Below are positions 53,761 to 64,000 of a stretch of DNA of 64,000 bases, one piece after another. The translations under genes were made by a program, and so were the position numbers. The notes beneath the pieces were generated by a model. That model was not told the DNA's origin. It made no database searches and saw only the letters and a program-made list of their open reading frames with translations. The DNA is from Methanobacteriota archaeon (GTDB lineage Archaea > Halobacteriota > Bog-38 > Methanoflorentales > Methanoflorentaceae): NCBI GenBank assembly GCA_963719035.1, contig CAVRAO010000006.1, positions 32,001 through 96,000 of the forward strand, given 5' to 3'. Numbering within the stretch: the stretch's first letter is position 1; each line of letters begins with the position of its first letter.

Positions 53761-54936
53761 ATGATCTATCTTGACCACGCCGCTACAACTCCGATGCGTC
53801 CGGAGGTTTTCGACGCGATGCGTCCATACTTCCTAGAGCGTTTTGGGAATCCCTCAAGCCTCCATTCCTATGGACTTGACGCGCGTGCGGCCGTTGAACG
53901 GGCACGACAGCAAGTGGCATCAGCGATTGGAGCTAACCCCCAAGAGATTATCTTCACCTCAGGTGGGACGGAATCAGACAATCTGGCGTTACGCGGAGTG
54001 CTCCAAAGAGGGGGCAAAAAAGACCACATCATAACCTCGGCAATCGAACATCCTGCCGTTTTAGAGACGTGCAAGTTCATAGAGCAGCTCGGACATGAGG
54101 TGACCTATCTTTCTGTGGATCGAGAAGGGCGCATTAACCCAGCTGAGGTAGAGGACGCGATCCAAGAGAACACGCGACTCATTTCAATAATGCACGCTAA
54201 CAACGAAATCGGTTCAATTCAACCTATCGCAGAAGTTGGGGCGATCGCAGCGTCTCACAGGATCTTCATGCACACTGACGCTGTTCAAAGCGTCGGAAAA
54301 ATTCCTGTGAACGTAAAAGAACTCAACGTCCAGATGCTTTCTATCTCATCACATAAGATTTATGGGCCAAAGGGAGTTGGCTGTCTCTACGTCCAAAAGG
54401 GCACAAAACTAACGCCACTCGTTTTCGGTGGCGGCCACGAGCGTGGTCTGAGAAGCGGCACAGAGAACGTGTCAGGTATTGTAGGCTTTGGTGAGGCGAT
54501 GCGACTGGCGATACAAGATTTTACCGATAACGCACGCATCCAAAAGCTAAGAGACGCGCTTATCGACGCGGTATTGCGTGAGATACCGGCCACGCAGCTT
54601 AACGGGGGGAGAGCGCACCGTCTTCCTAACAACGCTAACTTCAGCTTTAGCTATATCGAAGGAGAGTCACTCTTGCTTCGGCTAAATGCGAAGGGCATTG
54701 CCGGATCGACCGGTTCTGCGTGCTCTTCAAAGAAGCTGGAACCATCCCACGTGCTTCTCGCAATCGGGTTAAGTCCGGTTGATGCGCATGGCTCATTGAG
54801 GCTAACGCTTGGACGAGAAACGACAGACGCAGACGTTCGATATGTGTTAGAAGTGCTGCCTGGAATCGTTAAAGACCTTCGACAAATGTCCCCCCTGTCC
54901 GCTTGCACGGACGACGATTACGGAAAGCCTGACTAA
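53761..54936 (+). CDS. iscS: Cysteine desulfurase, NifS/IscS type
   Basis: YLDHAATT, SSHKIYGPKG and GSACSS. Confidence 0.95.
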   Translation: MIYLDHAATTPMRPEVFDAMRPYFLERFGNPSSLHSYGLDARAAVERARQQVASAIGANPQEIIFTSGGTESDNLALRGVLQRGGKKDHIITSAIEHPAVLETCKFIEQLGHEVTYLSVDREGRINPAEVEDAIQENTRLISIMHANNEIGSIQPIAEVGAIAASHRIFMHTDAVQSVGKIPVNVKELNVQMLSISSHKIYGPKGVGCLYVQKGTKLTPLVFGGGHERGLRSGTENVSGIVGFGEAMRLAIQDFTDNARIQKLRDALIDAVLREIPATQLNGGRAHRLPNNANFSFSYIEGESLLLRLNAKGIAGSTGSACSSKKLEPSHVLLAIGLSPVDAHGSLRLTLGRETTDADVRYVLEVLPGIVKDLRQMSPLSACTDDDYGKPD

Positions 54937-55193
54937 CTGCGAAGCGCGCGCGACAGGTAGCGCAGTCCGTCAGTAACAGAGCTGCGCATACAATTTAGTG
55001 TGTAACTACACGCGACCATAGACGGCTTACTATATCATTCGTAGCTCGGCAACTGCCACAACGACCACCCCTCGAATAGCGCTTGTTGCATAAACGACCA
55101 TCGGGTCGTCTTCATAAACAATCGGGGCTCGAACAGGTTCTTTAAGGAAAGAATTAACTAAAATGCACAAGGTCTAACGCCTGTTGTAGCCAT

Positions 55194-56288
55194 TTGCGTG
55201 GGTCTATGCAGAACGAGAATACGTCAATAGTGATTTCTGGTCATTTTGAGCAGGAAAGCAAACGCGAACTTCTAGAGGGAGTTCGTCGTTCCATGGAGCT
55301 GTTAGGTGCAGTCTTTGAGATCATTGTTGTACACGATGACAGTGCCGACGAGTGGTGGAAAGGCAGTCCGGAATTTTCAGAAACGTCCTCAGTGCGCGCG
55401 ATACGAACGCCGAAAGAACGCGGGCTTGCAAACGCCACACTGGACGGAATCAACGCTTCTCGTTATGACCTAATCGTGGTAATAAACTGTACCGCAGTTC
55501 CAGAAATGATACCCGAATTGATCTCACGCGTGCAAGATGGCGCGGATATTGTAATAGCAAGTCCGTGTAAAACCTCGGCAAGTTCAGAGAGCCCCGGTGT
55601 TTTACGACGAATCATCATCGCAGGTACCGCTTTTTTTACGCGAACGCTATTTAGAGAGCTGCGGAATGTCAAACACGTTGATTCCAATTTTTTCGCCTTG
55701 CGAAAGGACGTTGTAACGCATGCAAACCTCCATCCATCGGGAGACAACTTGCTGCTGGAAATTCTCATTCAAGGAGACTATGATTCGGTTTCCGAGGTCA
55801 GGGACGAGGCGAATAAACGAAACGTTGGGGTCACGAACGCTGGAAGCAAAAATACGGCGTACACTCTGCGTCACATATCAAGCCTGTTCTGGAGGTCCGG
55901 TGAATTTCATCGGTTTTTAAAGTTCTGTGCAGTGGGGGCTGTTGGTGCCGTTCTAAATCTTGCGGTGCTATATTCGCTAACAGAGCTCGGTGTTTTTTAC
56001 TTAATTTCCGGGCTCTTAGGCATAGAAGCAGGCCTTTTGTCAAACTTCTTTTTAAACAGATCGTGGACGTTCAAGGATCGACAGGGACGGGGGCTCGGAT
56101 ATGTGCTTACAGCATTGTATAGAGATCACGCCGTAAGATTTGTTGGAATTGTGCTCAATCTTCTGATCTTATTGGTTCTAACCAGCTTTTTCGGTCTTTA
56201 CTACCTCTTATCACAAATAATTGGCATTGCAGCAGCTATGTTGTGGAACTATGGCGGCAACCAGTGGTGGACGTGGGAGGCCGCTTAA
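55194..56288 (+). CDS. Degenerate GT2 (DPM1-like) + GtrA membrane domain fusion
   Basis: GT2-like N-terminus (RGLA.A..DG, GADIVIAS); KFCAVG...NFFLNRSWTF GtrA domain. Confidence 0.8.
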   Translation: MRGSMQNENTSIVISGHFEQESKRELLEGVRRSMELLGAVFEIIVVHDDSADEWWKGSPEFSETSSVRAIRTPKERGLANATLDGINASRYDLIVVINCTAVPEMIPELISRVQDGADIVIASPCKTSASSESPGVLRRIIIAGTAFFTRTLFRELRNVKHVDSNFFALRKDVVTHANLHPSGDNLLLEILIQGDYDSVSEVRDEANKRNVGVTNAGSKNTAYTLRHISSLFWRSGEFHRFLKFCAVGAVGAVLNLAVLYSLTELGVFYLISGLLGIEAGLLSNFFLNRSWTFKDRQGRGLGYVLTALYRDHAVRFVGIVLNLLILLVLTSFFGLYYLLSQIIGIAAAMLWNYGGNQWWTWEAA

Positions 56289-56320
56289 CGGCGGTCTCTC
56301 GTTATCTACCAGCTATCTCA

Positions 56321-57187
56321 TCATAGCCTAGACAAATTCGGTTTCGCAGAACTAAATGTAACATCCATGCTCCCGGATCGTAACCACTCAAGATCCAACG
56401 TCACATAGGAAAACCCGAGCTTCAAGAACGCTTCAGCTATAGCAGAACTATGTTTTATGATAGCTCTTGCATCCTCCTTGCTGATCTCTATGCGGGCGAA
56501 GCCGTTATGATCTCTTACCTTTGCTCTCGCGATGCCAATCGCTTGCAACGTACGTTCAGCTTGTCTCAACCTTTCAATTCGCTTTTTGGTGACTATCGTA
56601 CCATAAGGAAAGGACGTAAGGAGACACGCACTTGAAGAAGCACCGGCATTCGGCAAGTCAAGCGTTCGCGCGAAGCTTCTCACCTCATCTTTAGTGATCC
56701 CAAGCAAGGGTGAAACGACGCCAAGTTCTTTCAAAGCTTTCAGACCTGGCCGGTAGACATGCAGATCTGATGCATTCGTGCCGTCCATAACCGTATTTAA
56801 GTGCAGTTTATCAGCTAAGCCACGGAGAGTGCTAAACGTGAGCTTCTTGCAGTAATAGCATCGTTCAGGATCGTTGTGCTTAATTTCTGGCACAGCCAAA
56901 GGATTGAAAGCAATCGAGAGCTGGCGAATTCCTATGGCCTTGGCCGTCGCAGCGGCGTTTTCAGGCTCGCCATGATGAAGTGCACCGTTATTTACCGTCA
57001 CGGCAACTGCTGCATCTCCCAACTCCTGCTTGGCAAGCATTGCGACTACTGAACTGTCAACTCCGCCTGAAAACGCTATCAATGCACTGTGGTGCGAGCG
57101 AATGTGAGCACGCACTCGTTCGAGTTTGTCATCTTGAAAGTCGCAGTCGTTTGGTGACCCTTTTTTTCGTCCAGCAGTGGTTGGCAT
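56321..57187 (-). CDS. larE: LarE-like ATP-dependent sulfur transferase
   Basis: AFSGGVDS, RCYYCK, DGTN.SD...RPG, ACL and R.GSMD. Confidence 0.9.
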   Translation of the reverse strand: MPTTAGRKKGSPNDCDFQDDKLERVRAHIRSHHSALIAFSGGVDSSVVAMLAKQELGDAAVAVTVNNGALHHGEPENAAATAKAIGIRQLSIAFNPLAVPEIKHNDPERCYYCKKLTFSTLRGLADKLHLNTVMDGTNASDLHVYRPGLKALKELGVVSPLLGITKDEVRSFARTLDLPNAGASSSACLLTSFPYGTIVTKKRIERLRQAERTLQAIGIARAKVRDHNGFARIEISKEDARAIIKHSSAIAEAFLKLGFSYVTLDLEWLRSGSMDVTFSSAKPNLSRL

Positions 57188-57261
57188 AGTGTTGATATAA
57201 TTGTACGTTGATAACAGCTCTTGCAAAGAGCTTAGCTAATATGTAAGATAATGCTGCTTTA

Positions 57262-58278
57262 ATGGTATATATGAGCGGTGAAATCGAGGATAAGAGCGCT
57301 GAGATCAAAGCCCTTCTTATTGCCGAGGGGGGGGTTGATATTGACGAAAGGGTCCTTGGACGTATTACGACTCCCGCTTCAGGGCCAGGAGCGGGACTAA
57401 CGTCGTTCTTTTTACGATTTGACGGTCACCGGGTGCGCTTAGGAATAAAACACGATTCTCGGCTTAAGGCGTCGCTTGACGGAGACGAGGTCGTCATCTT
57501 CGATCAAGAAAAAGAAATCGTTCGTGGATATCTCGAAGATGCTCTCGCCCATTGTCCCGGGCAAGCGTTTATCACGGTCAGCGAGGTCTGCATCTTCGAC
57601 TGCCAGTACTGTCCAGTGCCGCTTCTCGGGGGTTCAGTTAAAGGCCTAAGCGATGTTGAGACAACGATTTCAAGGATTCTTAACGATCCGAAGCTTGCAG
57701 ACAAGCTAAAGGCTATCTCGTTGACCTCCGGCGTTGAAAAGTCAGCGCAACACGAAGCCGAGCGGATGGCCGCAATTATTCACGCGCTAAGAAAGAAGCA
57801 CGATCTCCCGATCGGCGTATCCGTTTATCCGACCCTGAATTCAACAAAGCTATTGAAAGACGCCGGAGCTGACGAAATAAAGTACAATGTCGAAACGATG
57901 GATCGTCAGCTCTTTGCAAAAATGTGCCCGGGGCTCTCACTAGACTTTATACTCGAGGCTCTCAAAGATGCAGTAAGCGTTTTCGGCCGAAACAAAGTGT
58001 TTTCGAATATCCTCGTGGGATTAGGTGAGGACGATCGTTCAATCATAAGCGGCATGCACGAACTGGTTGAGATGGGTGTGATACCGATCCTCAGAGCCGT
58101 TGTTGAGCATCCTTTACGCGTCGAGACGGGCATGCGGCGCCCTTCTGCCGAGCGACTCTTGCGGCTTGCGCGAAAGGAGCGCGAACTCCTCGATGCGTAT
58201 GGTCTGCGAGCCGACATAGCCGAAACGATGTGTGCCCCCTGCACTGGCTGCGATCTAATACCACACCGGGACGTGTAG
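57262..58278 (+). CDS. Radical SAM protein (biotin synthase-related, uncharacterised)
   Basis: CIFDCQYC, HCP, STAGP-like ASGPGAG and C-terminal C..C.GCD. Confidence 0.88.
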   Translation: MVYMSGEIEDKSAEIKALLIAEGGVDIDERVLGRITTPASGPGAGLTSFFLRFDGHRVRLGIKHDSRLKASLDGDEVVIFDQEKEIVRGYLEDALAHCPGQAFITVSEVCIFDCQYCPVPLLGGSVKGLSDVETTISRILNDPKLADKLKAISLTSGVEKSAQHEAERMAAIIHALRKKHDLPIGVSVYPTLNSTKLLKDAGADEIKYNVETMDRQLFAKMCPGLSLDFILEALKDAVSVFGRNKVFSNILVGLGEDDRSIISGMHELVEMGVIPILRAVVEHPLRVETGMRRPSAERLLRLARKERELLDAYGLRADIAETMCAPCTGCDLIPHRDV

Positions 58279-58408
58279 CGCTGTCTGCTAAGCACGTTTC
58301 ACGCGATTTTGCTGCTGTAAGTCACGTGAGCAAGAGGCGCACGGTGGGGATTTCAATAACCCGTTCAGGCGTCGAACGCGTTGTAACTCAGTGCAATACT
58401 GCCCTAAA

Positions 58409-59449
58409 TTAAGAGGATAATGAGTCAAAAAAAACTGGCCAGAATGGATCTTGTCTCGGTATTGCGAGCTGATCAACGGACCCGTCGCGCCGCTTAATTG
58501 TTCTTGTTTCTACGTCATCGGTCACCTGCCCAACAATCGACGCTTCTATACCTCCTGAGCACAGTTTAGTGACGACGTTCGCTGAACGGTTCGGTCTGAC
58601 TGTAATTAGCAAAGAGCCTTCAGCTATCGCAGCGACAGGATCAATTGCAAAGGCTTCGCAGACCATCCGAACTTCATCCGGATATATGAACGCTTCCTCG
58701 TGGATCTCCATGCCGACTGCGCTGGCACTTGCTATCTCGTAGAGCCCTCCGACAACCCCCCCCTCAGTTGCGTCGTGCATTGCCGTGACCCCTCCGGCAT
58801 CCATTGCCAACAGCGCATCTGCCACTACTGTCATCTGCTTGCAGAGTGCCTTTGCTTTCTCCACCAGAGACTGGGGATATTTTTCTAGAAGCTCCTTTTC
58901 CTTCATGACTGAAAGGATTCCTGCCGTTTCGATCGCCGGCCCCTTGGTGAGAATGACATCATCCCCAGGCGTCGCACCGGCTGGTGTAACATAACCATGC
59001 TTATCAGCGATGGCAAAGACGGTTACGCCACCTATGGTGGGTGCAGCAAAACCGGGATAGTACCCCGTATGACCGCCAACAATCGCTATTTCTAGCTCCA
59101 AGGCCGCCCTATGGATAGCATCTACAATGGTACGAAAATCCTCTTCCTTCGTCTCGGGAGGCATCAAAAGCGAATAGGTCATGTATCTCGGCTTGACGCC
59201 CATAACCGCCACATCGCTTGCCCCTATATGAACGGTGTACCATCCAAACATTTCCAAGGGTTGCTGAGGAATGGCGAAGATGGGGTCCTCTGCGATTATG
59301 AGGACTCGGTCATTTCCAATATCAATAACCCCCGCATCGACGCCGGTCTTCGGCGGCACGATGACCGTGTCATCGCTCTTCCCCAAGCGAGGTAGCAAAA
59401 AAGAGGTGAATGTGTCCAGGTCGATCTTTCCAATCTTATGATCTGCCAC
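58409..59449 (-). CDS. AIR synthase-related (PurM/HypE fold) protein
   Basis: G.DAG, DP, SD.A.MG, GGHT and MHDATEGG. Confidence 0.88.
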   Translation of the reverse strand: MADHKIGKIDLDTFTSFLLPRLGKSDDTVIVPPKTGVDAGVIDIGNDRVLIIAEDPIFAIPQQPLEMFGWYTVHIGASDVAVMGVKPRYMTYSLLMPPETKEEDFRTIVDAIHRAALELEIAIVGGHTGYYPGFAAPTIGGVTVFAIADKHGYVTPAGATPGDDVILTKGPAIETAGILSVMKEKELLEKYPQSLVEKAKALCKQMTVVADALLAMDAGGVTAMHDATEGGVVGGLYEIASASAVGMEIHEEAFIYPDEVRMVCEAFAIDPVAAIAEGSLLITVRPNRSANVVTKLCSGGIEASIVGQVTDDVETRTIKRRDGSVDQLAIPRQDPFWPVFFDSLSS

Positions 59450-60023
59450 GATAGCGCCTCGCGATCTCGCAGATTTCCTCTGCCACCTCAATCGGATCAA
59501 GCCCTATGAGCACTGAGACCGGCTCCTTCCCAATAGCACCTGTTTCATAGAATACTTTAGGCGCCTCGCCGCCCGCTGCCTCGATCACCGCTTGCACTTT
59601 CCAAGGCATTGATGCGCCCTCAGTTTCTTTGATTTCCTCAGGTTCATTCCTTCGGTCGATCACGCTAAAAACCCAACCTTTGGGCCTACAATAATCCTCA
59701 AGCCATCGCGCCAAAGCGGGATTACTGGCGAAGTTTATGCCTGCCCTTAAAGACGCGTCAGTTTTTCTGAGCTCTATAAGGAGTCTAGCCATATGACTTG
59801 ACGCTCCAAATTTAGGCTTGCCTGCAGCATGAGGCAAACCGTTGACAACAGTTATCCGCCCTTCTACCGCCAGCACGTCGTCTCGAGTTTTAGCGTTGGG
59901 GAGTGCATACACAAGGTTGGTTCTGACCTCTGGGATTAATGCCGCAAACTCGCTGCATCCTTCAATGAGGTCTAGTGCAAGCGCCATTTTTCCGCGCATT
60001 TCAATTTGAACGACCTGCTCCAT
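59436..60023 (-). CDS. ThiN-like thiamine-phosphate synthase domain protein
   Basis: LIPEVRTN, FGASSHMAR and G.IGKEP. Confidence 0.88.
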   Translation of the reverse strand: MEQVVQIEMRGKMALALDLIEGCSEFAALIPEVRTNLVYALPNAKTRDDVLAVEGRITVVNGLPHAAGKPKFGASSHMARLLIELRKTDASLRAGINFASNPALARWLEDYCRPKGWVFSVIDRRNEPEEIKETEGASMPWKVQAVIEAAGGEAPKVFYETGAIGKEPVSVLIGLDPIEVAEEICEIARRYRGRS

Positions 60024-60208
60024 CGAATCCTCCCTGGTTCTGACAAGTTACTGAGCAATGCGGAGTGCTATCATAAGTAATAATCGGAGGGCTCAAGCAG
60101 GTCGTTGCCTGTTAAGCGCTCTCAGATGCGATGACAGGCGTTACAGAGGCACTAATAGAGAATCAAGACCACCGATTGTCTTTAAGTGCTCTAATTAACA
60201 TATTTAGG

Positions 60209-60961
60209 ATGATGATGAGGTACAGCAAAAAAATCCGCAGGTCAATCATGGACTATGAAGGCAATCAGCGTTTGGATTACGATGACGTAGCTGTGGAGGA
60301 CAGCCTTACACTGTTTGTCAACGACACGCGAATAGCGACCCTTATCGCCTCGCCGGAAATGCTTAGGGAGCTCTGTATCGGATACTTGATCACCGAAGGA
60401 GTGGTATCAAGCGTCGAAGAGATTCAAGACGTCAACGTTGACAACACGAAGCGGGAGGCGTACGTCACCAGTTCATCCTTTGATCACGTCGACCTCTGGC
60501 ACGAAGTGCGCTCGGCCGGTATAGGCATAAAATGGTGGACAAATGAAGACGTTGCCGTGAGTTCCGTCGCAACGTTTGAAAAAGCCGTACTTAAGAAGAG
60601 CTTGGCCTCCCTTAACACTCAAGTGCAGAGACAAACTCACGGCGTCCACGTAGCAGCGTTGTTTGATACACGGGGTGAGCTGTTAGCACAAGCGGTGGAC
60701 GTTGGAAGACATAATGCTATTGATAAGGTGGTCGGAACATATGCCGGCAACGACTTCTCTCAAACGTTTCTATTATCATCCGGCAGACAACCGGCAGGCA
60801 TGGTTCTGAAAGCGGCTCGGGCGGGCATACCTTTAATCATCTCAAAAGCCGCACCGATTAGTACTGGCGTCGAAGCGGCACTTCGAGCTGGCGTGACACT
60901 CATATGCTTTGCTAATGAACGTCAGTTTGCTACGTATTCACACGAAGAGAGACTAAGCTAG
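60209..60961 (+). CDS. fdhD: Formate dehydrogenase accessory sulfurtransferase
   Basis: H.AA, DVGRHNA.DK, SGR and KAARAGIP. Confidence 0.92.
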   Translation: MMMRYSKKIRRSIMDYEGNQRLDYDDVAVEDSLTLFVNDTRIATLIASPEMLRELCIGYLITEGVVSSVEEIQDVNVDNTKREAYVTSSSFDHVDLWHEVRSAGIGIKWWTNEDVAVSSVATFEKAVLKKSLASLNTQVQRQTHGVHVAALFDTRGELLAQAVDVGRHNAIDKVVGTYAGNDFSQTFLLSSGRQPAGMVLKAARAGIPLIISKAAPISTGVEAALRAGVTLICFANERQFATYSHEERLS

Positions 60962-61115
60962 CGATCTCCCGCTTGTTTTTCATTCAGTCGATAATTTGAG
61001 ACGAATGCACAGACGATGCTCGGTTTGTAGGTTTATTTGTCACGCGATCCACCTTTTTGACCAAGTCTAGTGGCACGATAAGCGAAGCGCGCACATCACA
61101 TGCAAGATTTCGACG

Positions 61116-61730
61116 TTAGATTGAAATCTCGCGCTTCGACGTTATCACAAATATTCCGATCTGAGACAGCAAATTTTGAAAATGTTTTACGGTCTTCCCT
61201 GTCACACAGCTTCTCAAACCGATGAGTCGTTCAATGGTGATATTTCGCGTCCTGCAAAACACATCGAAATCACTGATGGTCGACAGGTGGATATTAGGCG
61301 TATCATACCAGTCACGCGGCAAGAAGTCAACTTTTGGCATTTGCCCTTTGCTCAGAAGATGCCAGCGTATTTTGAAGTAGCCGAAGTTTGGAAAGCTGAC
61401 AATCGCCCTACTGCCTACGCGTAGCATCTCGTTGATGACTAGCGTTGGCTTATGAACGACTTGCAGCGTCTGGTTCAACACGATGTAGTCGAACGACGCG
61501 TCGTCATAATCATCAAGACCCTCATCTATGTCGCCGTGGAAGACCGTGAGCCCTTTACGCACGCAAACAGCAATGCATCGATCTTCAATTTCCACGCCAC
61601 AGATATCTGAAACTCCGTGTTCTTTGAGCTTGATCAGCAAGTCACCGTTACCGCACCCGAGGTCAAGTACGCGTGAACCTTCAGGGATAAGACTAACGAT
61701 GAAGTCTTGGTCAAATCGTCGCATCATCAA
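61116..61730 (-). CDS. metW: Methionine biosynthesis protein MetW
   Basis: VLDLGCG.G, QTLQ, SFPNFG and WYDTPNIH. Confidence 0.93.
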   Translation of the reverse strand: MMMRRFDQDFIVSLIPEGSRVLDLGCGNGDLLIKLKEHGVSDICGVEIEDRCIAVCVRKGLTVFHGDIDEGLDDYDDASFDYIVLNQTLQVVHKPTLVINEMLRVGSRAIVSFPNFGYFKIRWHLLSKGQMPKVDFLPRDWYDTPNIHLSTISDFDVFCRTRNITIERLIGLRSCVTGKTVKHFQNLLSQIGIFVITSKREISI

Positions 61731-62812
61731 CTCCCGGCGTTTTCTAAGAAACCTGAAATGAGGTCGGTAAGCGGCTTAACTTCAAGGAGGAACGCGTCGT
61801 GCCCGCGCGAAGATTGAACCTCACAGTAGGTGATGTCTTTGCGTTTCCTGCGCAAGGATCTCACGAGCGCCTTCAATCCCGCAGAGGGGAATAGCCAGTC
61901 TGATGAAAACGAGACGATTAACATCTTCGAACTAATGGACGAAAGATCCTGCAGATCGAAGTAGTCCATGGCTTTCGTAATATAAAGATATGAATTCGCG
62001 TCAAATCGTTCGACGAATCGGTTGCCTTTGTAGTGCAGGTAGCTTTCGACCTCGAAATCTTCTGAAAACGCATAATGGTAACCATCTTCTCCTTTGAGCG
62101 CCCGCCCAAACTTGTCGTGCATCGACTCCTCGCTGAGGTACGTGATGTGCCCAATCATTCGGGCGAGTGCGAGACCTGTACGGGGAGGCTTGCCGTTATA
62201 ATAGTTGCCATTTTGCCAGCACGGGTCTGACATAATCGCCTGTCGGCCTACCTCGTTGAACGCTATTCCTTGTGCGGATAGTCGACTGGCTGCGGCGAGT
62301 ACCACTGCAGATTTTACGACGCTGGGATAATCAACTGCCCACTGGAGCGCCTGCATCCCCCCAACGGATCCTCCGACAACGGCCAAGAGGGTGTCAATTC
62401 CCAAGCCATCGATGAGGCACCTCTGCGCGCGGACCATGTCGCCGATAGTGATGACAGGAAAACCGAGTCCGTATGGGCGCCCAGTCGCAGGATCAACGCT
62501 GCCCGGTCCCGTTGACCCGCTGCACCCGCCGAGGAAATTGGAACAGACGACAAAATAACGCTCGGTGTCGAGTGCCTTTCCTGGCCCTACAAAGTCATAC
62601 CACCAGCCTTGCTCGCCCTCTTCGTTTACAAAGCCAGCGTGAGCGCTGCCAGACAGAGCGTGCAGGAGCAGTATTGCGTTGTCTTTGGCAGCGTTTAGCT
62701 GGCCGTATGTTTCGTAAGCGATCGTTACCGGTGACAACGTACGTCCGCAATCTAGCTCGAGAGCGTCAAACGTGTAATGTCTTGTCCGCGGAATAGCGTC
62801 TACGACGTGCAT
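61727..62812 (-). CDS. metX: Homoserine O-acyltransferase
   Basis: HALSG, GGSVGG, RFDANSY and GHDAFL. Confidence 0.95.
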   Translation of the reverse strand: MHVVDAIPRTRHYTFDALELDCGRTLSPVTIAYETYGQLNAAKDNAILLLHALSGSAHAGFVNEEGEQGWWYDFVGPGKALDTERYFVVCSNFLGGCSGSTGPGSVDPATGRPYGLGFPVITIGDMVRAQRCLIDGLGIDTLLAVVGGSVGGMQALQWAVDYPSVVKSAVVLAAASRLSAQGIAFNEVGRQAIMSDPCWQNGNYYNGKPPRTGLALARMIGHITYLSEESMHDKFGRALKGEDGYHYAFSEDFEVESYLHYKGNRFVERFDANSYLYITKAMDYFDLQDLSSISSKMLIVSFSSDWLFPSAGLKALVRSLRRKRKDITYCEVQSSRGHDAFLLEVKPLTDLISGFLENAGS

Positions 62813-64000
62813 GCGAGTGCTTGGTCTATATCCTCTATGATGTCAGCGACGTCTTCGATGCCGACGGAAAGCCGTATGAAGTCATCGCTGAGCCCCGCCG
62901 AGGCGCGCTCTTCGGGGTTCAGTTGCTGGTGCGTGGTGCTCGCAGGATGTACGATGAGTGATTTTGCATCGCCAATGTTAGCGAGGTGACTCAGAAGCTT
63001 CACGCTCTCGATGAACGTGACGGCGGCATCATACCCACCCTTGATGCCGAAGCCGACCAGAGCGCTGACGCCTTTGGATAAGTACTTCTGCGCCAGTCGA
63101 TGAGAACGGTCGGTCTCTAGTCCCGGGTAGCTTACCCAAGAAACACGTTCGTGGGTGCTCAAGAATCGAGCGACGGCAAGCGCATTGGCAGAGTGGCGTT
63201 CCATCCTCAAGTGTAGTGATTCAAGTCCCTGGAGAGTCAGAAACGCATTAAAGGGGCTTAAAGCCGGACCAATGTCGCGTAGGAGATGCACACGCGCTTT
63301 TAGCACGTAAGCGATTTCTCCAAACGCGTCGGAGTACACGAGTCCGTTGTAGGTGGGATCAGGCGTCGTAAAATCAGGGAATTTGCCGTTCGTCCAGTCA
63401 AAGTTCCCGGCATCAACGATCAGCCCGCCTATAGAAGTGCCGTGCCCACCCATGAACTTTGTAAGACTGTTGATAACGATATCAGCGCCGAAGTCGATAG
63501 GTCGGCACAGGATGGGCGTGGTTGCGGTGCCGTCGACGATAAGCGGCACATCGTTCTCATGTGCTATCTGAGCGATAGGTTCGATATCAAGAACGTCCAA
63601 GCTCGGATTGCCGAGGGTTTCACCGAAAAACGCCTTCGTCTTATCATTGACGCACGCTGCATAGTTATTCGGATCAGTCGAGTCTATCAAATGAACTTTG
63701 ATGCCCATTCTCGCCAACGTCGACGAAAAAAGCGTGTACGTGCCCCCATAGAGTTGCGATGAGGAGACGATCTCATCTCCGGGCCGTGAGATATTGAGAA
63801 TTGACAACGTAATTGCCGCCATGCCGCTTGCAAGCGCGAGTCCGGCTTTGCCACCTTCCAGCAGGGCGACGCGTTGTTCAAGCACGTCATTCGTCGGATT
63901 CATTATACGCGTGTAGATGTTCCCCGTCTCTTGCAACGCGAAAAGCTTTGCCGCGTGCTCCGTGCTATCGAACAAATACGATGTCGTCTGATAGATCGGA
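62800..64000 (-). CDS. metY: O-acetylhomoserine sulfhydrylase, 5'-truncated by the window edge
   Basis: [32 protein letters not shown] and [10 protein letters not shown]. Confidence 0.96.
   Translation of the reverse strand, partial: PIYQTTSYLFDSTEHAAKLFALQETGNIYTRIMNPTNDVLEQRVALLEGGKAGLALASGMAAITLSILNISRPGDEIVSSSQLYGGTYTLFSSTLARMGIKVHLIDSTDPNNYAACVNDKTKAFFGETLGNPSLDVLDIEPIAQIAHENDVPLIVDGTATTPILCRPIDFGADIVINSLTKFMGGHGTSIGGLIVDAGNFDWTNGKFPDFTTPDPTYNGLVYSDAFGEIAYVLKARVHLLRDIGPALSPFNAFLTLQGLESLHLRMERHSANALAVARFLSTHERVSWVSYPGLETDRSHRLAQKYLSKGVSALVGFGIKGGYDAAVTFIESVKLLSHLANIGDAKSLIVHPASTTHQQLNPEERASAGLSDDFIRLSVGIEDVADIIEDIDQALACTS

Noticed and set aside
1-64000. Many alternative-frame and antisense ORFs (e.g. 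5280-5921, 35273-36079, 36948-37715, 38868-39473)
   Set aside because: They are shadows of well-supported genes and have no recognisable motifs.
1-64000. tRNA, rRNA, CRISPR array, integrase or transposase
   Set aside because: No T-loop cloverleaf, rRNA motif, repeat-spacer array or recombinase motif found by eye. tRNAscan-SE, Infernal and CRISPR finders would be needed to exclude them fully.

Overview
Archaeal chromosomal window, gene-dense and mostly housekeeping. TBP, the archaeal AroA'/AroB' shikimate entry, Trm11, the DUF39/NIL-ferredoxin homocysteine pathway and a PGF-CTERM protein suggest an anaerobic Halobacteriota (Methanomicrobia-like) organism; this taxonomy is inference. About 60 CDS cover Met/SAM/sulfur metabolism (metG, bacterial-type metK, ahcY, metYXW, DUF39-CBS/NIL-Fd/UPF0280, nifS, larE, fdhD), the aro/phe/tyr and his genes, an MrfB/MrfA-like repair pair, a hicBA toxin-antitoxin pair, glycosyltransferases and transporters. 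I found no rRNA, tRNA, CRISPR array, integrase or transposase by eye. Four genes are split by single-base indels in short base runs, probably sequencing errors. The most unusual items are: (1) a 669-aa fusion of a primase-large-subunit-like 4-Cys domain to a DnaB-like helicase whose catalytic motifs are degenerate (7767-9776); (2) a secreted, PGF-CTERM-anchored protein with a single CxxCH heme-c motif behind a TrmB regulator (28121-29389); (3) a candidate ~110-nt structured ncRNA with its own TATA-like box (19134-19244). All family assignments come from motif recognition, not database searches.
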